NCBI GenBank assembly: GCA_965234725.1
Contig: CBDDUX010000066.1
Span: forward strand, 1-36,372
Direction of reading: 5' to 3'
Length of the DNA: 36,372 bases
From: Thermoplasmatota archaeon
Lineage (GTDB): Archaea; Thermoplasmatota; Penumbrarchaeia; Penumbrarchaeales; Penumbrarchaeaceae
Part shown: positions 1 through 8,400 of the stretch, in pieces
Position numbering within the stretch: the stretch's first letter is position 1
How the letters are laid out: each line of letters opens with the position of its first letter
Notes under the pieces: model-generated
What the model was told of the DNA's origin: nothing
Databases searched by the model: none
What the model saw: only the letters and a program-made list of their open reading frames with translations
Translations under genes and position numbers: made by a program

Positions 1-1
1 T

Positions 2-163
2 ATCGGTGGGCCAGTGTACCTTACATCGATTCAAAAAGTTAGTGAAGTACTGAAGGTTAGTATTATACATTCTTCCTCCAATTTTAAAAAGATCTTTATA
101 TTCAAATTTACACGCATAGGCAAATGCATTGCCACGCTTTTCAAATTCCTTCTCAAAGTCCAT
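2..163 (-). CDS. Hypothetical protein, partial (runs off window start): MDFEKEFEKRGNAFAYACKFEYKDLFKIGG...
   Basis: ATG at 163 preceded by SD-like AGTGA, open to the window edge, same orientation as other island ORFs. Not in the ORF track. Confidence 0.5.
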   Translation of the reverse strand, partial: MDFEKEFEKRGNAFAYACKFEYKDLFKIGGRMYNTNLQYFTNFLNRCKVHWPTD

Positions 164-359
164 AAATCATCACTTCAAAGGAGACGATTATTTATGAATG
201 TAATAATAATATCTGCTAAAAAAGTCATTTTTATTTGAGTAATCGAATTTTCAGATATTATTTCAGACTCTCTTCAAAAGATGAAGAAGAGGTCCGAGAT
301 CCCCGATTAAAGGAAGGTGTGGATTAATGAATTATTTTTTAAATATGAATTTGTTTGTT

Positions 360-668
360 CTAATGAATTGTCATTTCACCTTCCTGATTAAATTCAATAT
401 CAGAAAATATTTTTTCCATTTCTTTATGTTGGGGTGTGATAATTTCAATTATTAATCCATCTTGAGATTTTTTAACATTATCTTTCCTAAAAGAGATTTG
501 GAATTTCTTTCCCTTGGAAGTTATTTTAGCAAAATACTTTCTATTATCTTCCAACTCGAGTGGATGGTAGAAAAAAACATCACCAATTGTATTATTTATT
601 CCTGGACGGATTTTCACAACCTGAGGTGTGTTAATCGATTCATTTATGCTGTTATTCATTTTATTCAC
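360..668 (-). CDS. Hypothetical protein (island ORFan, ~100 aa)
   Basis: SD AGGTGA upstream of the internal ATG (MNNSIN), co-oriented with neighbours, hydrophilic composition. Confidence 0.6.
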   Translation of the reverse strand: MNKMNNSINESINTPQVVKIRPGINNTIGDVFFYHPLELEDNRKYFAKITSKGKKFQISFRKDNVKKSQDGLIIEIITPQHKEMEKIFSDIEFNQEGEMTIH

Positions 669-814
669 CTTTTACACATATATTCACATTTTTGTTATTT
701 AAACCCCGGTATAATTTCATATTTAAAGATTGTTATTGCATCATTCGATGGATTCCCTAATAGATTTGAGAATGTCCTACTTCCCGGGAGAAAAGGACAT
801 ATCAGGAGGGGAGT

Positions 815-1102
815 TTATTGTTGGATACAGGTCAAAATCAGTTCTATCTTATCCACTTCAGCAAGAAATCGATGAAATGGTTCTGGAACTTTGATCCAAG
901 TTCTCATTTTTCCATCTTCCGAAAGTCCCCATATCTCATTTGGTTTGAAAAAGAATTCACCTCTTTCAGTTTTTACTGTCACATAATTAACAGTAAGACC
1001 TCGAGCATCCCCCTCGAATCCAATAATCGAATTTCTTGCTTGACCAAATTTATCTCCTTCAATATCTCCAACGATTTCTTCATTATTCTCAACCATATTC
1101 AA
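815..1102 (-). CDS. Hypothetical protein (island ORFan, ~93-95 aa)
   Basis: SD-like AGTGA upstream, plausible globular composition, co-oriented. Confidence 0.6.
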   Translation of the reverse strand: MNMVENNEEIVGDIEGDKFGQARNSIIGFEGDARGLTVNYVTVKTERGEFFFKPNEIWGLSEDGKMRTWIKVPEPFHRFLAEVDKIELILTCIQQ

Positions 1103-1126
1103 TCACTTCTTAAGATGAATGGATTT

Positions 1127-1367
1127 CTAATTTAAGAATTGTCCGACTCTCGAGAGATATGGAAATCCAGGAGGTTCAATCTTGATATTAATAAAAACTA
1201 TACTCCATACATTCTTCCTTAACAAGGTTTGCAAAGTTTCCAACTGCTTCCATTATTGCATTGGAAATGGCAATTTTCTGATTGTTGGTAAATTCCCCAG
1301 GGGCATAATGATCAAGCTTTTTTTCAATTTCATTCCTAAATTTAATTTCCATAGGTCCTGTAATCAT
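1127..1367 (-). pseudogene. Small hypothetical gene (MITGPMEIKFRNEIEKKLDHY...), 59 aa to TAA at 1188-1190, possibly frameshifted
   Basis: GGTGA SD before ATG 1367. A T5 run precedes the stop; removing one T extends the frame (FINIKIEPPGFPYLSRVGQFLN) to TAG at 1127-1129. It could equally be an intact 59-aa gene. Confidence 0.4.
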
Positions 1368-1461
1368 CCTAAATCACCAATAAGTCAAGATATTGATAAT
1401 ACTTCAAGTATCCGACTCTGTTCAAAAAAGGAAATAAGGGAGGGATCATGTGATTAATTTA

Positions 1462-2766
1462 CTGAAGTTTTGCGTTTCAGATCAGAATCACCCTTTTCAC
1501 CTTCGTAGAGTTGTAGGGATACAATACTGATGTCACGATCTTTTCATAGCTCTTCCTACCATTTCTCCGAACGAATCTGATAAAACTCCTCAATAATTCA
1601 AGATGGAGCAATCGGCGCTTAAGTCCAGGCGTACCAACCTTTCTCTTCAAAACACCAAGCAAGGGGGAAAGCAAGGTGACTATCTCGAGGAAGGTGTCCG
1701 CGCAGGAACTCAGAGTGAGGTACTTACTCACTCCTTCAACACCCCTGAGCCGGCAATCCTTTAACCCGTAGTCCACCTTGCCTTCCCGATGCCATACTTC
1801 AATGTCCCATCTTCTACAATATATTTTCAATATCTTCTCCTCGTTCCAATCCAATCTGTTGCTCACAAAGAATTTGAAATTACCACGATCACTGTTTGAG
1901 ATCAACAATCGAACAGGACCTACACCTTTCATTTCTACGGTCATCACTTTCACAAGATAGGTGTCATCTCCAATCTTGACAGTCTTAAAACTCCTGCCCG
2001 GAAATATGCTTTCAGCATACTTCTTAACGGATGTCCATTCATTGTTTATCTTGATCTGTCTGTTTGATTTCACCTGGCCAACCCAATCCTTGTTCAATGA
2101 TTCAACATGATCAATAAGTTTCTTTGTAGTATACCATGTATCGAATGTGACTACTGAAAAAATCAAACCCATATCCACCAACTTCGTAAGGTGGACCTTC
2201 TGAAGTTCTATCTTGGTCTGATGTTTCTTCATGTCCAGCCATTTACTGTCTTTACGTATGTAGAGTGTCTGGAGCAATGGGAAAATACCATTTCCTGAGT
2301 ATACACAATCAACAACATTGTGCCCAAATACGTTCTTTCCTTCTGAGTGATCGAAATGGTAATCTGAACCATAGATCTTGGTCCCATATTTCTCCACGAT
2401 GTAGTCATCAAGAATGACCACACCATTTTCATCTGCTCGATTTATCATTCCCATTCTGGTTTTGTCAAGTTTGTATTCACTCCATAAATTGGAGTTTACA
2501 AACCTGTTCAAGTTCGATTGATCGGTATGTTCTATGAAGGAACCGTTAATCTCTGTGATGGTTGATTTGTATGAGAAAAGGAAGCCAGTAAGCATCCTCT
2601 TGAATTGGTTGAATGTTCGTTTCTGATTGAATATCTCTCTGTAATATTCTGCAAGCTCTTCTATGAAGCACGGAAATCCCGCGATCGGAGTATCCATCCG
2701 CATCCCCGGGTATCAAATATAAACCTCAGAACATACAAATCTTTCGCTCAAAACGCAAAAGTCCAG
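1462..2766 (-). mobile_element. IS701-family insertion sequence (~1.3 kb)
   Basis: TIRs CTGAAGTTTTGCGTTT (1462-1477) and AAACGCAAAAGTCCAG (2751-2766) match 14/16. Direct repeat TAATTTA at 1455-1461 and 2767-2773; the TIR/TSD split is ambiguous. Single transposase ORF. Confidence 0.88.
1477..2703 (-). CDS. IS701-family DDE transposase
   Basis: Motifs DQSNLNRF, VILDDYIVEKYG (D), TFDTWY (D), YCRRWDIEVWHRE (YxxRWxIE, E). Intact 408-aa ORF. Confidence 0.88.
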   Translation of the reverse strand: MRMDTPIAGFPCFIEELAEYYREIFNQKRTFNQFKRMLTGFLFSYKSTITEINGSFIEHTDQSNLNRFVNSNLWSEYKLDKTRMGMINRADENGVVILDDYIVEKYGTKIYGSDYHFDHSEGKNVFGHNVVDCVYSGNGIFPLLQTLYIRKDSKWLDMKKHQTKIELQKVHLTKLVDMGLIFSVVTFDTWYTTKKLIDHVESLNKDWVGQVKSNRQIKINNEWTSVKKYAESIFPGRSFKTVKIGDDTYLVKVMTVEMKGVGPVRLLISNSDRGNFKFFVSNRLDWNEEKILKIYCRRWDIEVWHREGKVDYGLKDCRLRGVEGVSKYLTLSSCADTFLEIVTLLSPLLGVLKRKVGTPGLKRRLLHLELLRSFIRFVRRNGRKSYEKIVTSVLYPYNSTKVKRVILI

Positions 2767-2770
2767 TAAT

Positions 2771-3088
2771 TTATTTAGAATGAGCTGTGATAATACGAAT
2801 TTCTGCCTTAAAATCTTCATAATCCATTGTCATAGGAAGGAATTGGTTGATATGTGGAGAGGAATTGTCGGGAATTGTAATTATATATGTGCGTGGTTTA
2901 AATTTCCCCATTGGAAAATATTTATTAGTATTAAAAATTATAGATTTATCTTGAAAAAATATTTTAATCTCATATTCTTCTCCAATAATCAAGTCTCTAA
3001 TTTTATGAAGCCCTTTACATTTAATAGTTTTATTTCCAAAATGATAATCATAAAATCCAAGTTTTTCATTAAGGCATTCGCTTCTCAT
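2771..3088 (-). CDS. Hypothetical protein (island ORFan, 105 aa)
   Basis: Co-oriented AT-rich ORF whose TAA stop lies inside the IS target duplication. Confidence 0.55.
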   Translation of the reverse strand: MRSECLNEKLGFYDYHFGNKTIKCKGLHKIRDLIIGEEYEIKIFFQDKSIIFNTNKYFPMGKFKPRTYIITIPDNSSPHINQFLPMTMDYEDFKAEIRIITAHSK

Positions 3089-3249
3089 CTAATCAACTTA
3101 ATCTTAACTATGTCAAGAGGTGTATTTACTCTTTACGATTTCTGTGTAATGAAGGAAAATTCCAACTATCTGGAAAATAGTAACGATATCATTCTGCAGG
3201 GTGAACAGGAAAAGCAGACCAAATCGGACAAAGTTTTTGGAGGGAGTAT

Positions 3250-3345
3250 ATGAAGGTTGCACTCTATATGAGAGTATCCACGGACCATCAAACAACAGAA
3301 AACCAATACCGGAGATTGGAGGAATTTTGCGATAGAAAAGGGTAG
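3250..3345 (+). pseudogene. N-terminal fragment of a serine recombinase (resolvase/invertase family)
   Basis: Translates MKVALYMRVSTDHQTTENQYRRLEEFCDRKG*, with the canonical YxRVSTxxQ...Q catalytic-Ser motif. GGAGG SD upstream. The stop coincides with the edge of the GC-rich insert. Confidence 0.85.
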
Positions 3346-3707
3346 GCTCTGGACGTTGGTCAGTGACCAACACGTTTTGACCAAAGGCAAAGCCTTTCGC
3401 TCCATCGGTCTCACACATAAACCAGACGTGTGTGCGATTGGACGTTACGGGGATTCCATCAATACTTTCTGTTCGTAGCCATATCCAGTTCGATCGACCG
3501 GCAGGAGCGGGTCCTGGTTCCCACTCATCCAGCCTTTGTCGAGGGGCTTCAGCCCTTGTGTGTATTTGCCACATCTTCAAGCACTGCCCTCCTTCTTCTC
3601 TGCCTGTCTGCACACAGGCAGGGCGGAGCCGACCTTCGTCATCTCCGCAGAAACTTACCAAGTTAGCCTGGCGCACGCCCTCTTTGTCCATATAATGAAA
3701 AAGAGCC
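3345..3707 (-). ncRNA. Putative structured non-coding RNA / non-autonomous insertion element (group II intron D1-D4-like or omega-RNA-like)
   Basis: About 54% GC (hand count) inside AT-rich DNA. Termini GGCTCT/AGAGCC. Multiple stems: 3600-3607/3614-3621, 3623-3628/3643-3648, 3505-3511/3520-3526, 3494-3498/3538-3542, 3466-3471/3648-3653, 3422-3427/3666-3671. G-U wobbles favour the minus strand. GTGCGCC begins at 3676 on the minus strand. Confidence 0.55.
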
Positions 3708-3824
3708 CAGGATGAACCATTATCAGAAAAATAAAAAATCAACACAGGAGGAATTCAGATCAACCAAATTCAAGGGAAATTACAGAGTGGATATGGTCGG
3801 ATGAGGGTCTGGATAAGGCCATTA

Positions 3825-5102
3825 TCAGTCTGATATTCTCCTGATAATGGTTGTTTTTTCATTCTCTTCATATTCATATTTTCTAGGGTCACTACTATCG
3901 ATCTGATTAGGGTTTATTGAAAGACCAATATTGGAGACTAATTTTGTCATATTATTGACCATTTCTGTAAGTTGTTTATTTTCTAGTTTTAATTTCTGGA
4001 TCTGATCAAAGAACATTTCTTCATTCAGTTTCATTTTATCAATTTTATCATCCAGAATAGTGATTCTTTTTTCATTTTTCTGCAATTCTTGGTTATTAAC
4101 ATCTGTCTGGAGATATGATTGAGATTTAACATATGATTCTTTCAGATCTGCCAGATGACTGTCTATGAGGCCTTTATTCATAGTATATGTGGACATCATA
4201 TCTCCTTTATGACCCATCATGAATTGACTGAATGAATGATGCATTATACCATGATATTCGGCCTCATTCATCCTTGAAGCAAAGTATCTTCTCAAAACAT
4301 AGGGTCTTTTATTAATCCCAATTTTTCTAAGGGATATACGAATTCCATTCCTTACTGCCCCTGTGCTTAAGAATATAGGTTCAGTATCCTTTTTCTTTCT
4401 CTCAAAAGCACATCTGACAACAGGAGAATTATTGTCTATGATCTCTCCCTGTCTTATTCTGGAATCAATATAATTCTCCAGGTGTTTGGATCCCTCTTCA
4501 CATAGAAATGTAAGATATCTATTGGATGTTTTCGAGAGGACTGACCGTACTGTGATCATAACAGGGGTCTCGAATGATATTTTTCCATTCTGAATTGACC
4601 ATCCCTCGAGATCTCCCATTCTGAGGCCATTTTCCCCATGAGGATCCCCGATAACCCCAGGCCTTAGACCTGAGAATCCCATTAGACAAATTGATACTCT
4701 ATCTCGAGGAGTGGCCATCTGAAGAACATTAGATAATTCTTCTTTGGTTGGTATCTTTTCATCTTCTACTGTAGGAGTTGATTGTATATTCTTTGGATGT
4801 GGGATCTTCTTAAAATCCACATCATAATACAATAAATAAGAATAAATGGCCTTAAATTGGGTCATGATTGTGCTGGGGGCCTTACCTATTTTCTTTTCAT
4901 CTTTTGCATATCTCAACATTTTATCATATAAGATCTTCTTATTCAATGATAAAACTGATTCAGGTGTTTCTCTCATTGTCTTCAAGATCGAGGATAATCC
5001 CCTTAGGTAGACAATTGAAGTGCTTTCAGAATGATTGTAAATGAATTCTTCATACCATTCCTTGACATGATGATCATCCAACATATCTGTTATTATCGAC
5101 AT
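3825..5102 (-). CDS. Site-specific tyrosine recombinase/integrase with C-terminal coiled coil
   Basis: Catalytic set R (FSGLRPG), K (LSKT), YxxR variant of HxxR (RPYVLRRYF), H (MMGH), Y (STYT). Archaeal integrase-like architecture at the island edge. Confidence 0.9.
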   Translation of the reverse strand: MSIITDMLDDHHVKEWYEEFIYNHSESTSIVYLRGLSSILKTMRETPESVLSLNKKILYDKMLRYAKDEKKIGKAPSTIMTQFKAIYSYLLYYDVDFKKIPHPKNIQSTPTVEDEKIPTKEELSNVLQMATPRDRVSICLMGFSGLRPGVIGDPHGENGLRMGDLEGWSIQNGKISFETPVMITVRSVLSKTSNRYLTFLCEEGSKHLENYIDSRIRQGEIIDNNSPVVRCAFERKKKDTEPIFLSTGAVRNGIRISLRKIGINKRPYVLRRYFASRMNEAEYHGIMHHSFSQFMMGHKGDMMSTYTMNKGLIDSHLADLKESYVKSQSYLQTDVNNQELQKNEKRITILDDKIDKMKLNEEMFFDQIQKLKLENKQLTEMVNNMTKLVSNIGLSINPNQIDSSDPRKYEYEENEKTTIIRRISD

Positions 5103-5116
5103 ACTAGGGGTAAATG

Positions 5117-5156
5117 AAACCTTAAATAAATAGGTTTTTGTGTCAAATATGTTTGA
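5117..5156. promoter_or_regulatory. Integrase promoter region with inverted repeats
   Basis: Minus-strand TTTATTTAAG TATA-like box about 20-30 nt upstream of the integrase ATG, bracketed by AAACCT (5117-5122) and AGGTTT (5132-5137). Second dyad TCAAA-TATG-TTTGA at 5143-5156. Confidence 0.4.
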
Positions 5157-5164
5157 TAGTCCTT

Positions 5165-5392
5165 ATGGGTTTTGTGAGAAGGTCCCGCAACGGCGGAGCC
5201 CTCAAAGTGAGCGTGAATCAGAACGCATTCGAGACCGCGGAGAGATACCATACCTCAGACGGCACCGAATACGTGGGAATGATTATCAATCTCAATAGAT
5301 TGAGGAACCTTTTGAACGGGGAGCAGGAGGTCACTGCCATCAACCAGATAGTCGATGGCCATGCTCCCGAGAATGCATCCTTAGATAGTTGA
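5165..5392 (+). CDS. Small conserved hypothetical protein of Thermoplasmatota type (GxVRxSxxGGALKxS motif)
   Basis: Resembles, from memory, a ~70-aa Thermoplasmatota family. Host-like GC. Start uncertain (ATG 5165 vs TTG 5138). Confidence 0.7.
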   Translation: MGFVRRSRNGGALKVSVNQNAFETAERYHTSDGTEYVGMIINLNRLRNLLNGEQEVTAINQIVDGHAPENASLDS

Positions 5393-5421
5393 CCCCACCA
5401 GCCTGGTTAAGTCCACACCCG

Positions 5422-5446
5422 GGGCGGGAGACCCCCTCTCCCGCCC
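5422..5446. terminator. GC-rich hairpin between convergent genes
   Basis: Perfect 10-bp stem GGGCGGGAGA/TCTCCCGCCC with a 5-nt loop, followed by a T-rich tract. Confidence 0.5.
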
Positions 5447-5458
5447 ACTCATTTCCTT

Positions 5459-8400
5459 TTACTCATCAAATAGACGGTCCAGGAGATCATCCTCTTCCTT
5501 ATCATCATATTCCGGAGATTCATTGTGGACCTCCTCTTTTGGAACTCCTTCTTCTTCGGATTCCTCTTGAAGATCCTCCTCTTCCTCAGATGGTACTTCT
5601 TTTTCAATGATCGGGACGACCGGAGAACTTGCTTTCTCCAATTCCAATTTCCAGGTCGCTATCTCCTCTTCGGTCGGGTCCTGCCCATAGAGGTCCTTGT
5701 AGGTCCTTATCCTTTCAGTGATGGGATCGGTTGCCTTCTTCCTCTTGGAAGTGAACCTGCTGATCAATATCCCAATGAAGGCGATGATCGCTACAATGAG
5801 GAGCACAATAATGAGGAAGGCCGGAATGATCAGCCCATTCGGAAGGACCGAGAGGAACGGAAGTACGTCTGTGATATCATCGGTCAAAGGTGTCGATTCA
5901 TCACCACCAGGTGCATCCTTGACATCTATGACCAATCCTTCCACAAGTGTCTCCGTTGTCCCATCCTCGGATATGGCCTTGATGGAGAACATATACTCTC
6001 TCTTGGGGGTCTTCTCCTCGGGAGAGACAACGATATCAAATGCTTTTGGAATTGGAATATCCATTCCCTTTGATGACATTACAGAGAATGTCCCGACAGA
6101 TGTTCCGGTGGTCTCAAAGAATATCCAACCGGCATCCACGGGTTCCCCCTCCAGGTAAAGCGTGACATTATCCGGAAGGGTCCCTTTGTTTAGGATTTCA
6201 CAGTTCATAGGACCGGATATTGAGAAGCCCTTACCCCGAAAAGCAATATGGTTCTGTGGCAGGGTAAGGTTGATACTATAATCCGAGATCTTGAAAAGGG
6301 CGGTCCTGACCCTTGAGAAATTCCCGTTGGCCCATGCCATGACCTGTGTGGAATATGTCCCGACCCCCAGTCCCAGGGTCGACATATCGAACGAAGTGTT
6401 CTTGCCGAGGTCTATCCAATCGAGCACGTCACCGGTTAGATATGATGACCCCACTCGGAACCAGTAATCCGAATCCGGGATGTCCGATCCATCCCACTCG
6501 ACATTTACCGAACCTGTTCTGGTAAAATAGGGGCCGAACTCCGGGACCATCGAAGGGGGTTTTGGACCAAGGTCCTTGATCTGGAAGGGATGATCCATGA
6601 AATCCTCCCCTCCGATCCTGTCGGTCACATGTATCCTGAGAACATAGAAATCCGGGGCAAGTGCCTCCCTGTCAGGGAGATCGAAGAACGTATTGCTCCC
6701 GAGGTCGAAGAAGTCCATCAGCTGCAGATTGTTCCTCATGACCATTGCTCTGTAATAAAGGACATCGCCGTCCTCGTCGTATGCATCCTCCCACCAGAAA
6801 TGCGGGGTGGGGGATGCTACAATATCCGGCCATGCCCTTCCCTTGAAAACAGGACGGTAGTTATCAGGAACATCCACCTTCACAATGAACTCCCTTGATT
6901 CCACCAGGTTTCCAACATGGTCCGAGACCCTCCATTTGATCTTTGAATAAATTCCCTCATCCGGAAAGTTCACGGATACCCAGGCCCTGTAAGCTCCCTT
7001 ATCCACTTCCATACGACCGTCTGGGAACATCCAGTCCGAGAAACCTTCGGATGTTTTCTTGTAAGCATACATGATGGTAGATGGGTCCACACCGGTGAAT
7101 TCCAGATTGGTGCTTCCTTCCAGATTGTCCCTTATGGTGATTGAACAGTTCACATCCGAATATATCCGGGTATCGTTCTCCAGCGGACTCACATCCATGA
7201 AATAGGGTGGTGTGGGGTCCAGCCATATATTGATCGGGTCCGTGATGAATGGTCCATTACCCACTCTATCATAAGCTTCGAACTTGAGGTAGTTGTTCTT
7301 CCCGGGATACATAGTGGTAGATCCCCATGCTTCGATGGTATCGTTGTCTATGACCTTGTATCCCGACATCTTGATACCCTTGTCGAACTCATTGGGCCCC
7401 TGGAATGAAATGTTGAACCTGATCCTATCAGGGTCCACTCCGGCACCTCCGGTATCTGTAACTCTCACCCTGCAGTTGACCTTGGCGGAACTGTTCCACA
7501 CTTCCGGTGTGGGATCAAGGATCTCTATCGATGGTATAGATGTGTCAATTAGCGGTCCCGGTAAGATATCTGATGATATTATTGAAGGATCGGCTTCGTC
7601 GGATATCTCCATCTTCCAGTAGAACCTTCCTTCTTCAGGGATACGGACCGTCACATTGTACGGGACCCCATCCATATAATATATGTCAGAGGGACCTCTG
7701 TTCTTCCCAAGGATCACTGGCTGGGTGAGGACCGGGTCCGTTCCCTGGGGATCCCTGAAGAGGTACATTCTGGGGAATCCCTCCCTTGGAGCATCGTTAT
7801 CAGTATCCCTGTAGGTCAGATTGAACGTGAAATTTGTCATGGTCGATCCAACAGTGGGATCGAAACCGGATTCCCCGAAATACCATTTGGAGTCGATCAC
7901 TGGCAGATATGTGGTCCCATCAAGTGACTTCGAATGGCGGGACATGAAAAGGGACCTCTTGATCCCGTCACCCACCCTGTAATCACCATAATACGTGCAA
8001 AGCACCCTTCCAGTTTGGTCGTATACCCCTGCTGTATATTTCTGGTCAAGCCTGTCCTCCTTGAACCTGTCCTCATCATCTATCCTGAGGGGCTTTTCCC
8101 AGGTTTCCCCGTTATCACTGGAATCCATGTAGAATGCCTCGGACTCCAGATCAGGATTCCCATAGGAGTTCACGAACTCCACCTGTCTCTCCCAGGTAAC
8201 GAAAAGCCTGTTACCCCCATATGTCCCAATGAATGGGTCCAGGTCTCTGGTGTCCGCAGGTGGGTCTATCAGTCTTCTGTCAGGTGTGAAATTCCCTCCG
8301 TGGTCCGTACTCTTGACGAACCAGATCTCCTCCACATCCGATCTCTGGTCCACCCAGGCAATGTATAGTGTCCCATTGTCATCCAGAGCAGGGATAGCCC

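Larger units (their letters stand above)
1..5157. mobile_element. Right end of an integrated mobile element (provirus/plasmid-like island), truncated by the window start
   Basis: Markedly AT-rich relative to sequence after ~5160. Tyrosine integrase at the boundary, small co-oriented minus-strand ORFans, a resolvase remnant and a nested IS. The right boundary is inferred from the composition shift only. Confidence 0.75.

Noticed and set aside
14..3253. Plus-strand ORFs in the island (14-238, 462-875, 818-1135, 1182-1457, 2780-3253)
   Set aside because: Phe/Ile-rich antisense mirrors of the minus-strand ORFs, most of which carry SD motifs.
3355..3546. Plus-strand HEARO-like word order (CCAGAC...ACGTTA...CCAGTTC...TTGTCGAGG)
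   Set aside because: Suggestive, but several stems contain A-C mismatches on this strand that are G-U pairs on the minus strand. Not adopted, though cmsearch should test both strands.
3345..3707. RNase P RNA, SRP RNA or group I intron identity for the structured block
   Set aside because: No GAGGAAAGUCC-type P4 motif, no SRP helix-8 motif and no group I P7 R/S elements were found. The location inside a mobile island also argues against a housekeeping RNA.
3113..3745. 210-aa minus-strand ORF and other short ORFs across the GC-rich block
   Set aside because: It spans three unrelated segments (flank, structured block, antisense resolvase), has no SD or recognisable motifs, and shows no RT, transposase or nuclease signature.
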